NCBI GenBank assembly: GCA_028278265.1
Contig: JANQET010000278.1
Coordinates: forward strand, 1-30,673
Source: Myxococcota bacterium
Lineage (GTDB): Bacteria > Myxococcota_A > Polyangia > JAAYKL01
DNA: 30,673 nucleotides
Direction: 5' to 3'
In this document: piece after piece, positions 25,801 through 30,673 of the stretch
How the letters are laid out: each line of letters starts with the position of its first letter
How positions within the stretch are numbered: the stretch's first letter is position 1
Translations under genes and position numbers: made by a program
The notes under the pieces: model-generated
Told to the model about the DNA's origin: nothing
What the model saw: the letters and a program-made list of their open reading frames with translations, nothing else
Databases searched by the model: none

Positions 25801-27976
25801 TCATCTTGGTCAAATAGGTGTCGCACTTCTCCGGTGTGTCACTGACCTCCAGGTAGTTGATCACCGCCTGATCGAGCAGCTTCATCTGGGAGACAAATTC
25901 CGCCGTGCCCTCGGCCTCGGCCAGCTGGGCGAACTTGGCCTTTGTTCGAGAGCGCACCTGGTTCAATGTGGCGTAAACGGTGGAGATGCGTTCGACAATG
26001 GCCGTGCGTTGGGTGGTGTCTTCAATCTTCAGGTTGCTCACCGTGTCGATCAGCAACTCCAGCTCGGCGCCGCAGCTCCCGATTGCCTCCTGGAGAGCGG
26101 TCGCTTCGGTGACCTTGCCCAAGGTGTCGACGTTTCGACCGAGAGCGTCCACCCTTTTTTCGTAGGGACTGAGCGCGGTGTCTTTCAACAGAAAGTCAAC
26201 CGAGCGGGCGGCGAGTCGACCGGTCTCCTCGGTGACCTGTTGTTCGAGATGATCGATTTCGTCGACATCTGCATAGCGCAAATCCTTCAACGAGATGATC
26301 GTCCCCCGCGCCCCCCGCAAGGCCGACAGTAGCTCGACGTAGTCATCGATGGTGTCATAGCGCCGGCTCTTGACGTCGGTGAGAATGGTGCGAACATCGG
26401 TGGCCACCTCATCGATGCGAGCGCGGGTGCTCCGCTTGAGCTCGGTGACCTTTTCGAACTCATCGATCGCAGCACCAGCCGCATCGACGATGCCGGTGAG
26501 CGGGAATTTCAGGTCGAACACCTCATCCCGATCGAGCCAAAAGTAGGCGTCCAGCACCTCGCTCGCCTCTTTGACGATGTCAACGTAGATGTTGGCGTAC
26601 CCCTCCTCTTTTTTGACCAGAGTCGACACATGACTGCAGGCGGCCATACAGTGCACAATATCCCGGTTGCCCAACTTGTAGAGGTAGCTCTCCCCCTGAG
26701 CGGGGATCTCGAAGTTCGCTCCGGTGTAAGGGGTTTGCCAAATCTGGATCGCGTGGTGTTTTTGCGGCTCGTCTTGGGATCGATTGAACAACAGCTCCCC
26801 GTTCTCGAAGATGGAAAACCCGTGGCAGATGATTGGGGGGGCCACCTGCTGCTCGATCATGTTGTAGGAGAGCAGCACGTACATCCCGCTTTTGCGATTG
26901 AAAAACACAAAGAGGGTGTCCTCCCCGTTGGGGGACTTGATCCGCCGTTGAAAGTGCATGTCCTCCAATCCCTGCTCGAACTGTTTGAGCTCACCGGTTT
27001 GGAGGTAGTAGCCGTTGGCAAAGATGATGCCGTGATCCTCGGGCAGGAGGATGCACGAATCCTCGATGGCGTCGATGCGTTGCGCCTGGCCGGTTTTTTC
27101 GTTGAACACAATATAGCGGTAGCGCCGCTCCTGATACGGTTTGATCATCAGCAGGATCAAATTGCCAACGACGGCGTAGCGAATCTCCGCGTCGTCGAGG
27201 GTCTGATCCGGGTCTTCCACCGGTTCGGCATAGATGCCGCCCCCGGTGTCGGTGTTGTCCTCCACTTTGATCGTCAAATCCCCACCGATGGTCTCGACGA
27301 AAATGCGCTCCTCGATGGAGATGTGGGGATGCTCGCCGGCCCGGTGGTCGTCCCGGGTGGCCCGGGTCCACTCGAATTCGTGCTGGGCGGGTTGTTTCAG
27401 ATCGTGGTCGCTGCGATTGTCCACATAGGTCAGGGTGCCGTCTTCTTCATACAGCCACTTGAACGATTTGGTGTCTGCCGTATCCCGACCGACAGCGAAG
27501 ACCATGAACAGGGCGGTGCCCACGGTGCTGAAGTGGGAGAACCGGGTGTCTTTGTAGTAGCGGTACAGATTTTTGAAATCCTCTTCGAACCGTTTGTCCC
27601 CAAGCAGGGTGAGCTCGATTTTGTGAAAGGACTGGTTGTCATAGGTGTAGGTGGCAAAAACGTCCGTCAGCTGGATCTCGGTGCGCAGGCCCAGGTGCAC
27701 GTTGTAGCTGAAGAGCAGCACATTGCCCACGCTGACCATGTCCTGGGAGATGCAGTTGTTGTCCGTGGTGACCCGTTCGGTCGTCAGCAGTTGGGTCTCG
27801 ATCGCGCCGAACACCTGCTTGCGGGCCTTGTTCAGTTGATCCAACCTATCCTGCAGCACTTTGGACTGGGCGGTCAGACGGCTGCGGATAATCTCGTAGG
27901 TTCCTCCGTCCAGCTGCGCCTCGTCGGTCGGCGGTGTCCCATCGGGTGGGGTATTGGGCTCGGTCTTTTCAGCCAT
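22859..27976 (-). CDS. Giant (1705 aa) cytoplasmic protein with a C-terminal-third MoxR/AAA_5-type AAA+ ATPase core, extensive coiled-coil middle region and a Pro-rich basic tail; function unknown; likely co-operonic with NfeD-flotillin
   Basis: ATG 27976 lies 41 nt downstream of the flotillin stop with a purine-rich RBS. Walker A is 'LLLIISPPGYGKTTLMEY', encoded about 24108-24155. Walker B is 'VMIYLDDIQHL'. The sensor/Arg region 'RVCVVMAGNPYSESGEAFKIPDMLANRADTYNL' is AAA_5/MoxR-like. No signal peptide or TM segment. The tail is '...SKPPSPSSPPQPPSGSPPFAKAIASPHPAPKKK'. Confidence 0.85.
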   Translation of the reverse strand: MAEKTEPNTPPDGTPPTDEAQLDGGTYEIIRSRLTAQSKVLQDRLDQLNKARKQVFGAIETQLLTTERVTTDNNCISQDMVSVGNVLLFSYNVHLGLRTEIQLTDVFATYTYDNQSFHKIELTLLGDKRFEEDFKNLYRYYKDTRFSHFSTVGTALFMVFAVGRDTADTKSFKWLYEEDGTLTYVDNRSDHDLKQPAQHEFEWTRATRDDHRAGEHPHISIEERIFVETIGGDLTIKVEDNTDTGGGIYAEPVEDPDQTLDDAEIRYAVVGNLILLMIKPYQERRYRYIVFNEKTGQAQRIDAIEDSCILLPEDHGIIFANGYYLQTGELKQFEQGLEDMHFQRRIKSPNGEDTLFVFFNRKSGMYVLLSYNMIEQQVAPPIICHGFSIFENGELLFNRSQDEPQKHHAIQIWQTPYTGANFEIPAQGESYLYKLGNRDIVHCMAACSHVSTLVKKEEGYANIYVDIVKEASEVLDAYFWLDRDEVFDLKFPLTGIVDAAGAAIDEFEKVTELKRSTRARIDEVATDVRTILTDVKSRRYDTIDDYVELLSALRGARGTIISLKDLRYADVDEIDHLEQQVTEETGRLAARSVDFLLKDTALSPYEKRVDALGRNVDTLGKVTEATALQEAIGSCGAELELLIDTVSNLKIEDTTQRTAIVERISTVYATLNQVRSRTKAKFAQLAEAEGTAEFVSQMKLLDQAVINYLEVSDTPEKCDTYLTKMTIQLSELEGKFSQFDKFILTLAEKRDEIYTAFESRKLKLVEQRNKRSDALLKSAERILSGMTSRLDRFASVDEINGYFAADLMVEKVRDIITELRGMDDAIKADDLQTRLKTLQQDTLRQLTDRQELFVDGQNVLQFGRHKFSVNTQPLGLTIVGRPDGQYLHLTGTDFFEKITDPRIDETKPVWDQPLISENEHVYRGEYLAYMLLASQQTGGTPELQAADPAGWQPLVQQFMGPRYAEGYVKGVHDHDGALIADALSKMEQTIGLLRYSTRARALALVFWHCFADQTAKARIESKLTGVGAIKRLFQRSAEQQHYVDELRSLIDKFIEDDGLFEPFLADQAAAYLFCVLTEEKHWAISPDAAGLFQRFQGHLNRRGVGKDLLRPMEALKNAQPDAYVLVKDWVRAFARENDDEAFREYHEEVAALLLSGIFDRQRVVHATVVTELKGLVGDHPQITEGRYRLDYNDFMIRLARFEAEVVPLFVAHRELKSRIIDETTAEMRLDEFKPRILSSFVRNRLIDKVYLPLVGDNLAKQIGVVGENTRTDRMGLLLIISPPGYGKTTLMEYVANRLGLIFMKINGPAIGHQVTSLDPQEAPNAAAREEMKKLSLSFEMSDNVMIYLDDIQHLNPEFLQKFISLCDAQRKIEGVYQGRTRTYDLRGRRVCVVMAGNPYSESGEAFKIPDMLANRADTYNLGDIIGDDVAVFEMSYLENSITSSPILGQLAAKHFKDVYGIIEAAQRGSREGIDFAGNYAGAELADYISVMGKLLQVRDVILRVNQAYIYSAAQADAYRTEPPFKLQGSYRNMNRIAEKVLPIMNDKEVELLVLDHYAREAQTLTTGAEANLLKFKEMTGTLSETETERWAEIKKTFNRNQLTAGTGDDRMGQVIALLSTFGDGLRSIQDTIASSATQLSTKDHQTRQDVDHVIELLANQARLLANAQSAMESKPPSPSSPPQPPSGSPPFAKAIASPHPAPKKK

Positions 27977-28017
27977 GGGTGGTCGCTCGTTCCTCTTCGG
28001 TTATCGCCAGTTTAACG

Positions 28018-30144
28018 CTAGGACCGGGTCACGCCGAGCAGGGCGGCGGCCTGCTGTCCGGTCACGCCGAGCTGCTTGGCCGTACCGGTCAGGCGGTCCA
28101 AGCTCTTCAACACAGCATCGTCATCCGTCATTGCCGTGACCTTGGTCAGCAACGCGGAGATGGTCAGGTTCTTCAGATCCCCGGCGGTCAAGCCGAATTG
28201 TCCCACCAGCTTGCGCAGCTCTGCAGCCAGATTTTCCTCCCCCGGTTTGAGCAGCGAGCTCTTGACATCCGACAGCACCTGGCTCGAACCCACGGTGCGA
28301 TCGACCGACTTGCCCACGGCCACGGAGTTGACGATTTTATCGAAGAACGATCCGTCGCCACCGACGATGTCGATGTTGGCCTGCTTGAGCGCTTCGCCCA
28401 CCAGGGAGGCCTGGGCCTTGGCCACTTCCTGGCGAATATTGATCTCGGCCAGGGCCACTTCCAGGTCTTTGTTGAGCCGAAGCTTGAACTCCTCGTGTTC
28501 CCGACCCACACCGTCGAACAGCTTCATCGCCTCGGCCTTTTCCTTGATCCCCTCCGCTTCGGAGTGGAATTTCTGCTGCATCACCTCGGCCTCGGCTTTG
28601 CCCTGTTTCTCCACCGCCAGGGCCTTGGCCTCCAGACCCCGGGCCTCGGCCACGGCTTTGCGCTCAATCACGGTCGCCTCAGCGGTGCCGAACTTCTCAG
28701 TGGACTCGGATTTGGCGTCCAGCGCACGGGCTTCCCCCATGCCCTTGATCGCCTCTTCCTGGGCGCTGGCGTCGGCCATGATTTTGCGCGCATCGGCCTC
28801 TTTCTCCGACGCGGCCCGCTGCCCTTCGGCCTTGATTACCACCTCCTTGGCTTCCAGCTCGGCGGATGCCTTGTTGGCCTCGGCGATTTTGATCAGCTTG
28901 ATCTTCTCCTCTTCGCCCTCTTTTTCGGCGAGGGTGACGGCGACCTGTTTGGCCCTGTCGGCGGTGGCGAATTCCCGCGCGTCCTTGATCTTCTCCTCTT
29001 GCTCCACCACCGAACGCTCGACCGCCACCCGCTCGCGAATCACCTCTTGAATGTTGCGTTTTTCAACTTCGATGGCCTTTTCCTTTTCGATCGCCGCCAG
29101 AGCGACCACTCGTTCTTTTTCGGTCGCTTCAATACCCCGCTCTTTTTCCAAGCGCTCGGTCTCCACCGCCTCGGTGCGCTGTTTGTTCTTTTGCGCCACG
29201 ATCACTTGGCGGAGCTTGTTCTCTTCGGCAATCGCCACCTCTTCGTCAGTGGCGATGCGGGAGCGCTCGGCCTTGAGCCGTTCCTCTTGCTGCACCTTGA
29301 ACGCTTCGGCCTCCTGGTGCGCGGTGATCTCCCGCACTTCTCGCTTTTGTTTCTGCTCGGCTTCGGCCTGCTGCTTCTCCAGGACCAGGATCGCCTCGCG
29401 GGTTTCCACGTCCTGTTTCTTGATCGTCTTTTCTTTTTCGCGGGCGATGGCGTTGGCCAGGATCGCCTGCTTGGCGGTCAGATCGGTGATCTTCTTGATC
29501 CCGTCCGAGTCGAGAATGTTGTTCTTGTCCAAATTCTCCAAGTTGGTTTGTTCCAGGTAGTCGATCGCCGCATCGTCGAGCAGGTAGCCGTTCAGATCGG
29601 TACCGATCACCTTGAGGATCTCCTCTTTGAACCGTTGCCGGTTGGTGTACAGCTCGACGAATTCGAACTGTTTGCCCACGGTTTTGAGCGCTTCGGAGAA
29701 CTTGGCGTCAAAAAACTCGACCAGCGCTTGGGGATCCGACGCCCGCGCACAGCCCAGGGACTGAGCCACTTTGAGCGTGTCGTGGGGTGTCTTGTTAACT
29801 TGAACGAAGAAGGCCACCTTGACATCGGCGCGCATGTTGTCGTTGCAGATCAATCCGTTCTTGCCCATTCGATCGATTTCCACCCGCTTGACCGAGATGT
29901 CCATCAGCTCCATGCGATGGATCACCGGCAGCACCAGCATGCCCGAGAAGCTCACTTTGGTTCCCCCCAGGCCGTTGCGGATCAACACCGTGCCCTGTTC
30001 GACTTTTTTGTAACACTTGATCAGCATCGAAAAGATGCCAAAGAGCACGATGGCGGCGACCACCGCCGCGGCGGCCAGGACCACGGTCGGATCCAGGTCA
30101 TCAAACGCGGCGAGAAACGGTGTCGAAAAAATGGTTGTCCACAT
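28018..30144 (-). CDS. Flotillin-family SPFH/band-7 protein (YqiK/FloT-like) with an N-terminal TM anchor and a long Glu/Ala/Lys-rich coiled coil
   Basis: N-terminal TM segment (VVLAAAAVVAAIVLFGIFSMLI), then 'LIRNGLGGTKVSFSG', 'RADVKVAFFVQVNK' and 'DRAKQVAVTLAEKEGE'. These match YqiK blocks recalled from memory (VRTGLGG, RVDVVVAFFVRV, DRAKQVAL). A GGAGGAG RBS lies inside the NfeD 3' end. Confidence 0.9.
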   Translation of the reverse strand: MWTTIFSTPFLAAFDDLDPTVVLAAAAVVAAIVLFGIFSMLIKCYKKVEQGTVLIRNGLGGTKVSFSGMLVLPVIHRMELMDISVKRVEIDRMGKNGLICNDNMRADVKVAFFVQVNKTPHDTLKVAQSLGCARASDPQALVEFFDAKFSEALKTVGKQFEFVELYTNRQRFKEEILKVIGTDLNGYLLDDAAIDYLEQTNLENLDKNNILDSDGIKKITDLTAKQAILANAIAREKEKTIKKQDVETREAILVLEKQQAEAEQKQKREVREITAHQEAEAFKVQQEERLKAERSRIATDEEVAIAEENKLRQVIVAQKNKQRTEAVETERLEKERGIEATEKERVVALAAIEKEKAIEVEKRNIQEVIRERVAVERSVVEQEEKIKDAREFATADRAKQVAVTLAEKEGEEEKIKLIKIAEANKASAELEAKEVVIKAEGQRAASEKEADARKIMADASAQEEAIKGMGEARALDAKSESTEKFGTAEATVIERKAVAEARGLEAKALAVEKQGKAEAEVMQQKFHSEAEGIKEKAEAMKLFDGVGREHEEFKLRLNKDLEVALAEINIRQEVAKAQASLVGEALKQANIDIVGGDGSFFDKIVNSVAVGKSVDRTVGSSQVLSDVKSSLLKPGEENLAAELRKLVGQFGLTAGDLKNLTISALLTKVTAMTDDDAVLKSLDRLTGTAKQLGVTGQQAAALLGVTRS

Positions 30145-30147
30145 GGC

Positions 30148-30673
30148 TTACTCCTCCGAATCCCAAAGGGTCTCTACGATATACACATTTTTATTCTTGA
30201 TGTAGTCGGTGACCACGACCTCCTGCCCCTGCTCGAAGCGCTGTCCCGGCCGGGTGATCACATTGAGCGTCAAGGGCGCGCCGTCGGTCTCGATCACCGC
30301 CTGCCCGAACGTCTCGTTGGCTTCACTGGTCTTGATCACGCAGGGGCGCCCGAGCACTTCATCATCCGGTTCTATGTCGGTTTGCTTGTCCAGTGCGCGA
30401 AACACTTTTTTTATCGGGGTGGTGAACAGCTTGGCCAAAAATGCGCTGACGATCACATTGGGAACCGCGATCACCGCGCCGATCAACAGCGATTCATTGT
30501 GCAGCATCACATTGGCCACCAGGGAGATGACCCACATGCTCAACCCGAAAAAGCTGACGAAGACCATGAGCGGAATCTCACCCACATTGAAGAACATCAA
30601 CAGAGTGTGGAAAAAGCCCCCGCCGTGTCCCCCCTCTGCATCCCCGTCAGCATCTGCATCTGCGTCCGCGTCC
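30148..30673 (-). CDS. NfeD-like (YqiJ-type) membrane protein partner of flotillin. The 5' end may lie beyond the window, since the frame is open to the edge.
   Basis: A hydrophobic N-terminal region is followed by a C-terminal OB-fold-like segment '...LTLNVITRPGQRFEQGQEVVVTDYIKNKNVYIVETL'. The TAA stop lies 3 nt before the flotillin ATG. An in-frame ATG is at 30595-30597 and the tool's TTG is at 30600. The same frame continues without a stop through 30601-30673 as '...DADADADADGDAEGGHGGGFFHTLL', so the gene may start outside the window. Confidence 0.75.
   Translation of the reverse strand, partial: DADADADADGDAEGGHGGGFFHTLLMFFNVGEIPLMVFVSFFGLSMWVISLVANVMLHNESLLIGAVIAVPNVIVSAFLAKLFTTPIKKVFRALDKQTDIEPDDEVLGRPCVIKTSEANETFGQAVIETDGAPLTLNVITRPGQRFEQGQEVVVTDYIKNKNVYIVETLWDSEE

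Noticed and set aside
23870-28015. Three long plus-strand ORFs (453, 363, 461 aa)
   Set aside because: All lie antisense inside the 1705-aa minus-strand gene, whose Walker A/B motifs fix the true strand. Their translations are Gly/Arg/Leu/Val-rich without motifs.
28076-29560. Plus-strand ORFs of 324 and 169 aa rich in Ser/Ala/Arg
   Set aside because: Antisense to the flotillin coiled-coil region; the EA-rich repeats on one strand give SA/LA-rich frames on the other. No RBS or start context.

Overview
This is a high-GC (about 60-65 %) bacterial chromosomal window with short AT-rich intergenic promoter regions. Lipobox lipoproteins and a C-terminal-Phe beta-barrel protein point to a diderm organism.

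The left part is housekeeping or accessory: an unknown 603-aa protein (5'-partial), an SGNH/GDSL hydrolase lipoprotein plus a small membrane protein, a stand-alone ribosomal protein L3 followed directly by RlmE, a Big_2 lipoprotein, an outer-membrane beta-barrel protein, a class-I aminotransferase, PcnB and a FabG-like SDR.

The centre is a complete, co-directional nitrogen/carbon PTS regulatory supercluster: rpoN-hpf-ptsN-hprK-EIIA(Man)-EIIB-EIIC-EIID-ptsH-ptsI.

The right part is accessory-looking:
- a small acidic-repeat lipoprotein gene convergently overlapping ptsI;
- an orphan PduO-type corrinoid adenosyltransferase;
- an 804-aa lipoprotein with a (Asp-Thr/Ala/Ser)n tract encoded by an imperfect hexanucleotide repeat;
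- a histidine-kinase C-terminal remnant;
- a three-gene minus-strand module, NfeD-like protein then flotillin (YqiK-like SPFH protein) then a giant 1705-aa cytoplasmic protein. That giant protein has a MoxR/AAA_5-type ATPase core near its C-terminus and long coiled-coil regions. This flotillin-associated giant ATPase is the best candidate for an undescribed system.

Many long opposite-strand ORFs in the six-frame track are high-GC shadow ORFs and were rejected.
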